Assembly: GCF_036365525.1 (NCBI RefSeq) | Contig: NC_090404.1 | Location: forward strand, 10,106,001 to 10,170,000 | Direction: 5' to 3' | DNA from: Heterodontus francisci | Taxonomy: Eukaryota | Length of the DNA: 64,000 nt | Shown here: in pieces, positions 36,700 through 49,060 of the stretch | Numbering within the stretch: the first letter of the stretch is position 1 | How the letters are laid out: each line of letters starts with the position of its first letter | Made by a program: the position numbers and the translations under genes | The notes under the pieces: generated by a model | Databases searched by the model: none | What the model saw: the letters and a program-made list of their open reading frames with translations, nothing else | Told to the model about the DNA's origin: nothing

Positions 36700-38878
36700 T
36701 TTTGTTTTATTCATGGGATGTGGGTGTCGCTGGCTAGGCCAGCATTTATTCCCATCCCTAATTGCCCTTGAGAAGGTGGTGGTGAGCTGCCTTCTGGAAC
36801 CGCTGCAGTCCATTTGGGGTAGGTACACCCACAGTGCTGTGAGGAAGGGAGTTCCAGGATTTTGACTCAGCGACAGTGAAGGAACGGCGATATCGTTCCA
36901 CGTCAGGATGGTGTGTGACTCGGAGGGAACTTGCAGGTGGTGGTGTTCCCATGCATTTGCTGCCCTTGTCCTTCTAGTTGGTGGAGGTCACGGGTTTGGA
37001 AGGTGCTGTCCAAGGAGCTTTGTATGTAGCTGCAGTGCATCTTGCAGATGGTACACACTGCTGCGACTGTGCGTCGGTGATGGAGGGAGTGAATGTTTGT
37101 GGATGGGGTGCCAATCAAGCAGGCTGTTTTGTCCTGGATGGTGTCGAGCTTCCTGAGTGTTGTTGGAGCTGCACTCATCCAGGCAAGTGGAGAGTATTCC
37201 ATCACACTCCTGACTTGTGCCTTGTAGATGGTGGACAGGCATTGGGGAGTCAGGAGGTGAGTTACTCGCTGCAGGATTCCTAGCCTCTGACCTGCTCTTG
37301 TAGCCACGGTATTTATATGGCTACTCCAGTTCAGTTTCTGGTCAATGGCAACCCCCAGGATGCTGATAGTGGGGGAATCAGCCATCGTAGTGCCATTGAA
37401 TGTCAAGAGGAGATGGTTAGATTCTCTCTTGTTGGAGATAGTCATTGCCTGGTACTTGTGTGGCGCGAATGTTATTTGCTACCTATCAGCCCAAGCCTGG
37501 ATATTGTCCAGGTCTTGCTACATTTCTACATGGACGGCTTCAGTATCTGAGGAGTCGCAAATGGTGCTAAACATTGTGCAATCATCAGCGAACATCCCAA
37601 CGTCTGACCTTATGACTGAAGGAAAATCATTGATGAAGCAGCTGAAGATGGTTGAGCCTAGGACACTACCCTGAGGAACTCCTGCAGTGATGTCCTCGAG
37701 CTCAGATGATTGACCTCCAACAACCACAACCATCTTCCTTTGCGCTAGGTATGAATCCATCCAGCAGAGAGTTTTCCCACTGATTCCCATTGACTTCAGT
37801 TTTACGAGGGCTCCTTGATGCCATACTCGGTCAAATGCTGCCTTGATGTCAAGGGCAGTCACTCTCACCTCACCTCTTGAGTTCTGCTCTTTTGTCCATG
37901 TTTGAACCAAGGCTGTAATGAGATCAGGAGCTGAGTGGCCCTGGCGGAACACAAACAGAGCGTCACTGAGCAGGTTATTGCTAGGCAAGTGCCGCTTGAT
38001 GGCACTGTCGATGACACCTTCCGTCACTTTACTGATGAGTGAGAGTAGACTGATGGACCAGGTTGGACTTGTCCTGCTTTTTGTGTGCAAGACATACTTG
38101 GCAAATGTTCCACATTGCCGGGTAAATGCCAGTGTTGTAGCTGTACGGGAGCAGCTTGGCAAGGGGCACGGCAAGTTCTGGAGCACAGGTCTTCAGTACT
38201 ATTGCCAGAATATTGTCAGGGCCCATAGCCTTTGCAGTATCCAGTGCCTGCAATCATTTCTTGATATCACGTGGAGTGAATTGAATTGGTTGAAGTCTGG
38301 CATCTGTGATGCTGGGGACTTCAGGAGGAGGCCGAGATGGATCATCAACTCGACACTTCTGGCTGAAGATTGTTGCAAATGCTTCTGCCTTATCTTTCAC
38401 ACTGATCTGCTGGGCTCCCCCATCATTGAGGATGGGAATATTTGTGGAGCCACCTCCTCCAGTTAGTTGCTTAATTGTCCACCACTATCCACGGCTGGAT
38501 GTGGCAGGACTGCAGAGCTTAGATCTGATCAGTTGTTTGTGGTATCGCTTAGCTTTGTCTATCACATGCTGCTTACGCAGTTTGGCATGCAACTAAGCCT
38601 GGGTTGGTAGCTTCACCAGGTTGACACCTCATTTTGAGGTATGCCTGGTGCTTCTCCTGGCATGCCCTCCTGCACTCTTCATTGAACCATGGTTGGTCCC
38701 TCGGCTTGATAGTAATGGTAGAGTGGGAGATATGCCCAGCCATGAGGTTTCAGATTGTGGTTGAGTGCAATTCTGCTGCTGCTGATGGCCCAAAGCACCT
38801 CATGGATGCCCAGTTTTGCATTGCTAGACCTGTTCTAAATCTATCCCATTTAGCACGGTGGTAGTGCCACACAACATG
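36700..38878 (-). mobile_element. LINE (CR1/L2 superfamily, distinct family) RT and 3' end
   Basis: [28 protein letters not shown]; related fragments at 20130, 48750, 61900 and 63615. Confidence 0.88.
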
Positions 38879-38879
38879 A

Positions 38880-39868
38880 TGAAGAAATGATACCGGAGAA
38901 ATACCGCGAACAACAGATGCCCCTCTATATTGCTTTCATTGATCTCACCAAAGCCTTTGACCTCGTCAGCAGACGTGGTCACTTCAGACTACTAGAAAAG
39001 ATTGGATGCCCAGCAAAGCTACTAAGCATCATCACCTCATTCCATGACAATATGAAAGGCACAATTCAACATGGTGGCTCCTCATCAGACCCCTTTCCTA
39101 TCCTGAGTGGCGTGAAACAGGGCTGTGTTCTCGCACCCACACTTTTTGGGATTTTCTTCTCCCTGCTGCTTTCACATGCGTTCAAGTCCTCTGAAGAAGG
39201 AATTTTACTCCACACAAGATCAGTGGGCAGGTTGTTCAACCTTGCCCGTCTAAGAGCGAAGTCTAAAGTACGGAAAGTCCTCATCAGGGAACTCCTCTTT
39301 GCTGACGATGCTGCTTTAACATCTCACACTGAAGAGTGCCTGCAGAGTCTCATCGACAGGTTTGCGGCTGTCTGCAATGAATTTGGCCTAACCATCAGCC
39401 TCAAGAAAACGAATATCATGGGGCAGGACGTCAGAAATGCTCCATCCATCAATATTGGCGACCACGCTCTGGAAGTGGTTCAAGAGTTCACCTACCTAGG
39501 CTCAACTATCACCAGTAACCTGTCTCTAGATGCAGAAATCAACAAGCACATGGGAAAGGCTTCCACTGCTATGTCCAGACTGGCCAAGACAGTGTGGGAA
39601 AATGGCGCACTGACACGGAACACAAAAGTCCGAGTGTATCAGGCCTGTGTCCTCAGTACCTTGCTCTCTGGCAGCGAGGCCTGGACAACGTATGTCAGCC
39701 AAGAGCGACGTCTCAATTCATTCCATCTTCGCTGCCTCCGGAGAATACTTGGCATCAGGTGGCAGGACCGTATCTCCAACACAGAAGTCCTCGAGGCGGC
39801 CAACATCCCCAGCTTATACACACCACTGAGTCAGCGGCACTTGACATGGCTTGGCCATGTGAGCCGCT
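38880..39868 (+). mobile_element. RTE-clade LINE reverse transcriptase fragment
   Basis: FIDLTKAFDLVSR, GVKQGCVLAPTLF, LLFADDAAL, FHLRCLRRILGI. Confidence 0.9.
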
Positions 39869-40003
39869 GGAATGAACCAAAAAACCTCATGATGGCGAAT
39901 TAGAAAATTAATCTGTACTTTGTACTAATTCCAATAAATTGTTGAATTGGATTATCATCGGAGCATAGAATGGTCCGGAGCATCCTCGGTTTGTGTCTCT
40001 TAC

Positions 40004-40321
40004 CCGGAGATCCGGTGATGTTTCGGCTTTGGGTGACCTCTTGATGACAGACCTGGCAGGTATAGGCCGTGTTGGTGAACCATTCCCCAGCGGGGACTGT
40101 CAGCCGACTGGTCGCCGAGAAGTTCCCGTTCACTTCACAGGTGGGAGAGGTGACGAAGCCCGATTCCATGGGTTGTCCATCCTTCAACCAACTCACGGTT
40201 ATTGACTCTGGATGGAAATCGATGATTGAACACAAGACAGTTGCAAATCTGCTGCTTGTGATTTCTTCACTGGAACTCTGGGTGAGGATAACAGTTGGAT
40301 GGACGATGTCACCTTTACAAT
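40004..40321 (-). pseudogene. IGHM: IgM CH2 exon of the second (defective) cluster
   Basis: ttcttgaag|; [20 protein letters not shown]...[20 protein letters not shown]. The exon itself is intact, but the cluster is truncated at about 39868. Confidence 0.93.
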
Positions 40322-40532
40322 CTTCAAGAAAAACATGTTAGACATTTCTAGAAGAAATTAAGAAGTAATGCAAACTGTTCTTATATTTTAAAAAGTTCTT
40401 TGCTGTCAAGTAGACACTAGCTGGGGTTTCCCGGAATTAGAACAGTGCACAGTGCTCTAAATGTGATATAGCCAAAGCTCTACACAAGATCATTGTAGTT
40501 TTTCTGTTTTTCACAGTTTCCACAACACTAAC

Positions 40533-40665
40533 CTAGAATTTCCTTGATCCAGACTGACTCCCCGCGTCGAACCTCGCAGTAGATTTTGCTGCTTCCCACC
40601 TCTGACTCGGTGATGGTTAACTGGCTGCTCTGGGTGTAGGTTCCCTTCTTGTTCAGCACTGGCGG
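40533..40665 (-). pseudogene. IGHM: 3' half of IgM CH1 (5' half and acceptor deleted)
   Basis: [44 protein letters not shown], fused upstream to intron sequence homologous to about 8185. Confidence 0.92.
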
Positions 40666-43600
40666 AGCGTGCAGAGGGAATTTACCAGGATGATATCAGA
40701 ATTGAGGGAGTTCAGTTATGTAGAGAAATAATGAAGCCGAACTGATCTCCTTAGATGGTTAACGAATAGGTATTTTCAAAATTATGGGATGTTTTGATGT
40801 AGCAGATAAGGAGACGTTATTACATCCGACAAGTGGGTCAGTAACAAAATAAATAATTAGCAATAAAAATGGAGCGTAGCAGGGGTGGTGGCTGCAGAAG
40901 GAGGTTTCTTTCCAGACAAAGGGTGTTTTTCATTGAACCGCAGAACTGTTCCAGCACAAAAGGAGGCCATTCCACAAACAGTGCCCGTGCAGGCTCTCTG
41001 CAGACGCACCTGGAGTGCACAAACAAACAGGACATGTCCACGAAAGAGAATAATTTGCATGGTTATGAGGAAAAAACTGGCTTGTAGGGTTAAATTGGAG
41101 AGCTCTTTGAAAGCTAGCACAGGCATGACGAGCTGAGAAGATTCTATGATCCTACCCGACTCAGTAGAATAAGTTCTTCTCAATTTAATGGGAGGAAAGG
41201 CTTCATAAATTTGAACATCTCTGTGACATATATTTTTATTGCTTGTTATAATGAAAGTGGATTTTAAAATAAAATAAGAGGATCTGAAGGATTTCATACA
41301 AATGTGTCAATCAGATACTATCAGAGAATTAAAGTTTATTGTAATTGGTATTGATTGCAGACTAACTGTATCACTTCAAAATTTTCACAGAAGCTTACTT
41401 CAGTGGCTTTCTATCCTCTGCTGTCCAATGGTTGCATCTCACCAGAGTTTATCACTGCCCGTGACCTTTTGAAAATACTTGGAACGAAATAATGGTTATC
41501 ATTTTGAGATTATCATGATGGTTATTGGGAGCGGGAGTCTCGATTTTCTCAATTTAAAGCGGCAAAAGAACTTCCAACCTCCCATCAGATCAGAACAGAC
41601 GCCGCTCTCTGGAACGTTACAGCCACTTCCTGAAACTGTTTGTTCTGAAAGTGCGCTCAAAATCAGGCCAATCTCATTCAATGATTATCTGATATTTAAC
41701 ATTTTAAATATTATTAATTCATTAAAAAATTGGCTATGAACGAATATTAAAATCAATTCATGTGCGTTGTTTCAACTGGGCAATGTAATAATTTATTTTC
41801 ATATCTCTGGGTCGAGAACTCACAGATTATGAGTTAGATGCAGATTAAAGTTCCTTGAACACTGCGGGGAAAACACTCTCAGGTCAGGTACAGGAAGGTT
41901 AAGCTATTGAGTAAAGACCCGCTTGTACGGCCCTGTCATGAGCTGTCAGGTCAGACATCGCAAGTGTTATAGTCTGTGGAAAGCCATCTCTACACTGCAC
42001 TGTCACTCTGGGTCAGGTATAGCACTAGTTTAATATAAAATAAACTTCCATCTATGCTGTCCCATCAAATACATCTAGGACACATTCAGCCCGGTTTAGA
42101 TACAGAATAATTTCTCCCTTTGCATTGTCCTCATTAAACGGTCCTTGGACAGTTACAGTATGGATTAAATATGCAGTAACTCTTCCTCTACATTGCCGAA
42201 TCAAACACTCTCATTACTGATTAGAAACTAACCAAATCTCCTTCTACAGTCTGTCTGTCGTGTCTCTGAACTGTTATTTCTGATTGTCACAGACTGGAAT
42301 ACTGATCTCATTGCTGAGGCGACTCATTAAACTTAAAGACAAAATTTTAGGTTTCTCACAGATACAAGTTTCTTAAATAAATGGATCAAGTTTCAGTGCT
42401 TGAAATGCAGGAGAACAACTAGCCGGGAGGACTCCTCGTCCGGACACAGTGAGCAGGCGCAAATGGTGCAACAATCGGGCTCTCAGCAGATAGATCTGAT
42501 CAAGCTGTCAATTTCAGTTAAGCTGAATTGTTCAATTGTCAAATTGTGAGCACTCCAAGTCTGTAAACTCTTTGAAATTAAACTGATAGTCATTTCAAAA
42601 ACTCCCTTCGACCTCCAACTGTTTCTCCATGTCTGTTTACAATCTTAAAAATACGTAAGATATAGTTTCCCTTAAAATCAGTGCATCAAAACAATTCACA
42701 TTCAGGAAAATTTGATGTCCGGAACAAGAACTCAGTGACAGAGTAAGAATTTATAAAATCAGGATACATTGACCTTGCAAACTGATTACCCACTGGTTTG
42801 ATACATTTCATAATTCAATTTTACCAAACAAAAGTTGAAGCAATGCACAAGTTAATTCATTAAAATCTGCGGTGACACATTATCGAGCTGCGAACAACTG
42901 AGTAAGAAATGTCTGGTGCTCTAAATCATTTTTAGACATAATTCAAAATTCTTTCCGACTCTTGAGATTTTGCACTCATTGGAATCCTGGCAAGTATACT
43001 ACTCAATTGTGGGATGTCATTTATGTTTAATGAATTGGCACTATTATATTCTAGGTTAATATTCATGTATGCTGATTTTATACTGTACTTTAAACATTAG
43101 TCAATATTAATTCAAGACCAGTTTCTCCCTGGCACCTTGGGGTTTTAATTAAATTATTATGACACTTCACCAATATGAAATAATAAACGTCATATTAATA
43201 GATGATATATTGACAAATATATGACTTACTTTAGTCGAATCACAGTTCAATAATTTAAAATGAACAATAATTTCTACTTCTGCCTTGCTTTCTATCCACA
43301 AACTTGTAAAGATGTATCTGAATGCGTTGATATATCATAAACTCCGTATATTCTCAACGAGTATTTCACACGATTGATTTAAGAGTGGACTATTTTAAAT
43401 AGTTCCAAGCCTGGCCGGGGTCACATCTCACTAACTGTCGATGGGCTGTAACTTCGCCTGTTTGTGAAAGCAGTACTCTCCTGTTTAAATATTGTCATAA
43501 AACTTAACTATATAAGAAAAAATCAAAAATATCCGAGCAGTTTGCGATCAGTAACTGTGCTGCCACTGTTTAATCACACAATGTTTTTATATTTTACTCC

Positions 43601-45860
43601 CGTGATTCACACAATCCCTGTAAATTAATTGTTAAATATATTGTGCTTTTTATTAAAAGGAGCTCCAAAATGATCACTGTAAAATTGGATGAGAATAATT
43701 CTTTCAGATCATCTGCGACATTTGAAACTTAATGAGCAAATGTAGCCGAGATTTTGTTGATCAATTTAATATTTAATAAGAATTGAGCATAACTCAGGTA
43801 TAATCTGTTCTTTGTCTAGAATTCTATCCTGTGTGAAGCACAGCTATGGGTGACAGGAAGTTGTTAGTGAATTCAAAACTAAAAATAATCTTTTGTAATT
43901 AATTGAATCTGCTGGAATTTTAAGGTGTTATTTGTCTGTCTCTCGTCTTACACAGTCTGCATATCTTTTCAAATAAAACCATATGAACAATTCTTTGACT
44001 ACCAGCGACTTCTTGTCTCAGGAAAATGGTTAATATTAGATTAGTGATAATTATCTCACTATCCAACAACAAATGACATTGAAGGAAGAACATGGTTTGG
44101 GCTTCACACAAAGCATGTAATAACTGGACAGATATATTACACTGACAAACTGCAATTTACAGCTCCTGTTTGCGGTGGCAGTAGGAGCAGATACATTAGG
44201 GACATTTAAGCGACTCTTGGATAGGTACATGGATGATAGTAGAATGAAGGGTATGTAGGTAGTTTGATCTTAGAGTAGGTTAAAGGTTCGGCACAACATC
44301 GTGGGCCGAAGGGCCTGTACTGTGCTGTACTGTTCTATGTTCTATGTTCTATTTAAGTTATAAGTAAATACAAGCTGTCATTCATCTGTTTTAATCAGGA
44401 ATATAACAATTAATTCAAAAGCGCTCATCAAACTGAACAGAGAGCTAGAATAAATGCCCTCTTATTGAAATAATTTCAAGCATAATTAAAAATTGTCTCC
44501 AGCCCATAATAATATAATGATCACGATAATTGTGCGCATGGCACACCAGAATTGTGAAAGACGATTAAGGAATAATAAATCGATGTTAATATTAAAGTCT
44601 ATTTGGTTTAAATGAGGAGATATTGCCGCATTATAATTGTTTGAATTACATTAACTTAACTCTACAATCTGCAAACTTGCTAATTTTGCAGTTTGTAATT
44701 GCAATAACATTTCACGTTCTGAATGAACGTCGCAAACCACGGCTTTATAGTTTAATCTGCAATTCACTTAAATTTTTTTAAACAATGCCTTGAAATATCT
44801 TTAAATGTTTTTTTTTCTGATTTCTGAAACTTGCCAGTTTTCCGGCTACAATCGTCTTTCAAACAATTTTAAACACGTAGAATGTTTCCATTCAATCAGA
44901 AAACCTGCAGCCGCTCGATGTCACCGAGGTTCAACAAAGCAGAAACGCCAAACAGTATCACAAATTTTACTTTGGAACACAGCCACACACTCTGCTCAGC
45001 AGATAAACACCAACTCACATCACTGAGGGGCTGAACCTCACCTCAATATGTTTCATGGAGAGGCAGCTTAATTTCACAAACACTTTCAGCAGAATCAAAT
45101 GTAACATTGTAAAAAAACTCAATACAAAATCCACCGAGCCTGCCTGTCTCTGAATTACCAGAAATATAAAATAATGGCAGCAGAATTGTTAGTACAGAGT
45201 GCATGTTTAATAAATTAATGTTGATACAATCGCATATTTCATTAATATTGGCTGATATCACCGCAGTATAATAAATGAGGTTATATTAATATAAATCTGA
45301 CCAAAATGGCAAATTTGTTATTTATGTAATTCTTAATTACATCAAAATTTATTGTATTACATATGAGCATTCGTGAGCAGTAGATTGATAGATTGCAATT
45401 TAATTGCCACAAATAAAAATAGATCAAAATATCGTGAAGCTGTTTTTGACCAATGAAGCTTTCTGCATACAATTTTATCGCAAACATATTTAAACACTTA
45501 TTGCTTGTATTCGATCAGAAAACCTGCAGCAACTAGATGTCACCGAGATTAAATATTGTAGAAACGTCAAAAGGTTTAACAACAGTTAGATATTTAAAGT
45601 AGCCCAGACACACAGCCTCATCAGCAAATAAACATCAAATCACATCAATCAGGAGCTGAATCCCTCAACAGCACCGATTGTAAAGAAACCATTAAATTCT
45701 TTAATCCCTTTGCAGCAGAATCACATAAAACATTGCAAAAAATCTCAACACAGAATCCACCGAATCTACATTTCAGTGAACGAATGTATCATTAAAATAA
45801 ACAGAATTAAAAAATAAAAACTCTAATGTAACAGTTACTGAATAAATGCATGTTTCTGAC
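40666..45860 (-). repeat. J-C intron of the second cluster; inverted paralog of 2978-8185
   Basis: Colinear homology seen throughout (e.g. 41600-41690 vs 7140-7230; 43975-44160 vs 4640-4830). Confidence 0.92.
44172..44352 (+). mobile_element. CR1 3' end inserted in the cluster 2 intron
   Basis: gggccgaagggcctgtactgtgctgtac followed by (tgttcta)n; absent from cluster 1. Confidence 0.85.
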
Positions 45861-45908
45861 CTGCAGTCACCGTCACCATGGTCCCTTGACCCCAGCCCTC
45901 GAGATAGT
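45861..45908 (-). pseudogene. IGHJ: JH of the second cluster (YLEGWGQGTMVTVTA), RSS disrupted
   Basis: WGQG motif and donor gtcag. The heptamer at 45909-45915 is separated from its nonamer by a ~75-bp insertion. Confidence 0.92.
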
Positions 45909-46352
45909 CACAGTGTAATATATTATTTATTATACTGCGGTGATATCAGCTGATATTAATGAAATATGCTATTGTATCAACATTAATTTATTACATTCCC
46001 TGGACTGTGTCACACAATAACCGGCTCTGCACAGAATAGAGAGAAATCCTTCATTATTTTAAATATCCACAGCCCAGAGGCAAAATAAAATCATGATGGT
46101 TCTTTGTAAAATTATAACAGTGTTGATGATTCTTTTCACTCTTTATTAATTTCCTTGATGTTTTATACTTCACACAGTAACATATCAGCAATTATTAAAA
46201 TCACCAACTGATGAATGAGTAATTCATCAGCTCATCCATAATAACCCGTGCTAGTAGGACAGTGTTGGATTCAAATAGTGCTTCACTGCACATATAGTTG
46301 AATTGTAAAAGTGAGCACTGACCCAGACTCATCAATTAGTGCTGAGGGTTTT

Positions 46353-46416
46353 CTTTTTTGTATTGACAGTAACTGCTGTTTCTGTACCCACAGTGACACA
46401 AACCCACACAAATACT
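46353..46416 (-). pseudogene. DH segment (ggtacaga) flanked by two 12-RSS; 3' heptamer mutated
   Basis: The minus strand reads AGTATTTGT-12-CACTGTG ggtacaga AACAGCA-12-ACAAAAAAG. Confidence 0.85.
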
Positions 46417-46939
46417 GCACTCACTCGCTGTTCAGTACTGCCTCTCAACATTCACTTCAAATAGAAATTTACTTCTGATCTAGTCCACAATATATCCAAA
46501 CGTTTACACCACGCAGTAGGAAGTGAACACAGCTCCAAGTAACTCTTTGTGTTGCCCATTCTAACTGCTCTTGACAACTGAGTGGCTTGCAAAGCCATTT
46601 CAGAGGACAGTTAAGAGTCAACCACATTGCTGTGGGTCTGGAGTCAGCTGCAGGCTAATTCTTTTAAGGGCAGCAGATTTCTTTCCCTAAAGAGCACTAA
46701 TGTACCAGATGGGTTTTGAAGAAAATTGATGATAGTTTCATGGCGCTATTACTGAGAATGGCTTTCAATTCCAGTTTTGCTTATTAATTAACTGAATGTA
46801 TTAATTAATTGAATTTAAATTCCATCAGTGAGCATGGTGGAACTTGAAACCGTGTTCCCAGGGCATTAGCCTGGGATTCTAGATAACTAATCCGTGACAT
46901 TGCCACTACACCACCTTCTCCCCTCTACCCCACCAGCTT

Positions 46940-48110
46940 CTGTCTCTGTATACATTACATAAGTCAATTGTTGTTGTTACTACACTAGCCCTAGTCACAG
47001 TTGTTATTGCACGAAGCAATGTTTCAGTAATTACTGAACGAAACCCAGTCTCAGTTTGTTACTGTAGGTCCCGTATCAATACTTTGTGCACAAGGCCCTG
47101 TCTCAGTATTACTTCACCAGACCATGTCCATGTATATAATACAGCAGAGCCTGTCTCTGACCCTGTCTCCATTCTTTCAACGTTAGACCCTGTTTCAGTT
47201 GTTACTGCACTGGCCTCAATCTCTATTTATATTACACTAGGTAAAATAGAACCGTAGAACCATAGAAAAATTTCGACACGGAAGGAGGCCATTCAGCCCG
47301 TCGTGGCCGTGCCACCCAATCTAATCCCATCTTCCAGCACCTGGCCCAAAGCCTTGCCCCTTACAGCACTTCAGGTGCATGTCCAGGTACCTTATAAAAG
47401 AATTGAGGGTTTCCACCTACACCACCGTTCCTGGCAATGAATTCCAGACACCCACCATCCTCTGGGTGAAAAAGCCTTTCCTCATGTCCCCTCTCAGCCT
47501 TCTACCAATTACCTTAAATCTGTGCCCCCTGGTAATTGACCTCTCCGTTAGGGGAAATAGATCCTTTCTGTCTACTCTATCTAGGCCCCTCATAGTTTTG
47601 TACACCTCAATTAAGTCACCCCTCAGCCTCCTCTGTTCTAAGGAAAAAAACAACCTTAGCCTATCCAATATTTCCTCAGAGCTACAACTTTCGAGCCCTG
47701 GCAACATTCCTGCAATGTTGCACTAGAGACTGTCTCTGTTCATATTGGACTAGGCCTTGTCTCAATTGTTACTGAACTTCGTCGTGTCTCTGTTTATATT
47801 ACACTAGGTCCTATCTCTCTTTATATTACACTAGACACTGTCTCTGATTATATTACACGAAATCCTGTTTCTGTTTATATTACACTGGACCCTGTCTCTA
47901 TGTGTATTACTCTTGTCTCAGTCTCCAGACCCTATTAGACATATTACACTAGACCCTGTTTCTGTTTATATTAAACTGGACCATGTATCTGTTTACATTA
48001 CACTAGACCCTGTCTCTATTTATATTACTCAAGGCCGTCCATCGACCCAATTTGACATATTGCACCAGACCCTGTCGGGTTATCACTGCATTCAGCCATG
48101 TCTCAATGAG
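46940..48110 (-). repeat. Degenerate 27-bp tandem repeats interrupted by a CR1 fragment (47240-47710)
   Basis: ccctgtctctgtttatattacactaga-like units; reverse complement of the 49-53 kb array subunit. Confidence 0.8.
47240..47710 (-). mobile_element. CR1 3' fragment
   Basis: RRLRGDLIEVYK...FFTQRMVGVWNSLP. Confidence 0.88.
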
Positions 48111-48751
48111 ATGATGAGATATTATTTATAAATAGATGTTAGGCTAGAAATTGGTCTCGGGCATCGGCCCAAAACGGGCACTATCAGATCGGCCGCGCGT
48201 TCTACTCAGTGCCTGATATTCATTTTCATTTCAGTCAACGGAATTAAATATCAGGTGCTGCCTATACCGGACGATCAATCCAAGACTGCCCTTTCTGTGC
48301 CACTGCCTCAGTCCAATATTTATCTCATATATTTGAGTGTGTGGTGGGTATAATCATTTTCTGTATGGAAGAATATGTTTAGTCTTGTTAATAGCTATCA
48401 GTAGCTGTGTGCAATTTCTAATTGCTGTGCTATTATGTGGGTATATTTGTGTTGAAGGTTTGGGGTGAATCTTATAACAATTTCCCAGAGATGAACTGGG
48501 ATTGAAGGACGGGACTAAAGGCGAATAATAATGCACTGCATTTTATTCCATTTAGTGACAACTCCGTTGTGTAACGTGTACTAATTCACACTTGTGTTGT
48601 ACTGTGACAGTTTGTAACATTAATGACTTTTTTCCCTGTAGGATTTTCAATTTAGCTTTCACCTGACCTAGTGAATGTGTTCGACAGAACCTGGAACAGT
48701 GACCTCACAGCACCAGATGATGGGCAGCCACCAAGTCCTAATGTCCACCTT

Positions 48752-49060
48752 TTTGATTCATTCATGGGATGTGAGCGTCGCTGGCTAGGTCAACATTTAT
48801 AATGCATCCCTAATTGCCCTTGAGAAGGTGGTGGTGAGCCGCCTTCGTGAACCGCTGCAGTCCTTGAGGTGTAGGCACACCCACAGTGCTGTTAGGAAAG
48901 GAGTTCCAGGATTTTGACCCAGCGAAATAGTGGCGATATAGTTCCAAGTCAGGATGGTGTGTGGCTTGGAGGGGAACTTGTAGGTGGTGGCGTTCCCATG
49001 CAACTGCTGTTCTTGTTATTCTCGGTGGTAGAGGTCGTGGGTTTGGAAGTTGCTGTCGAG
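48752..49060 (-). mobile_element. LINE 3' end (same family as 36700)
   Basis: Closely similar to 36705-37010. Confidence 0.8.
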
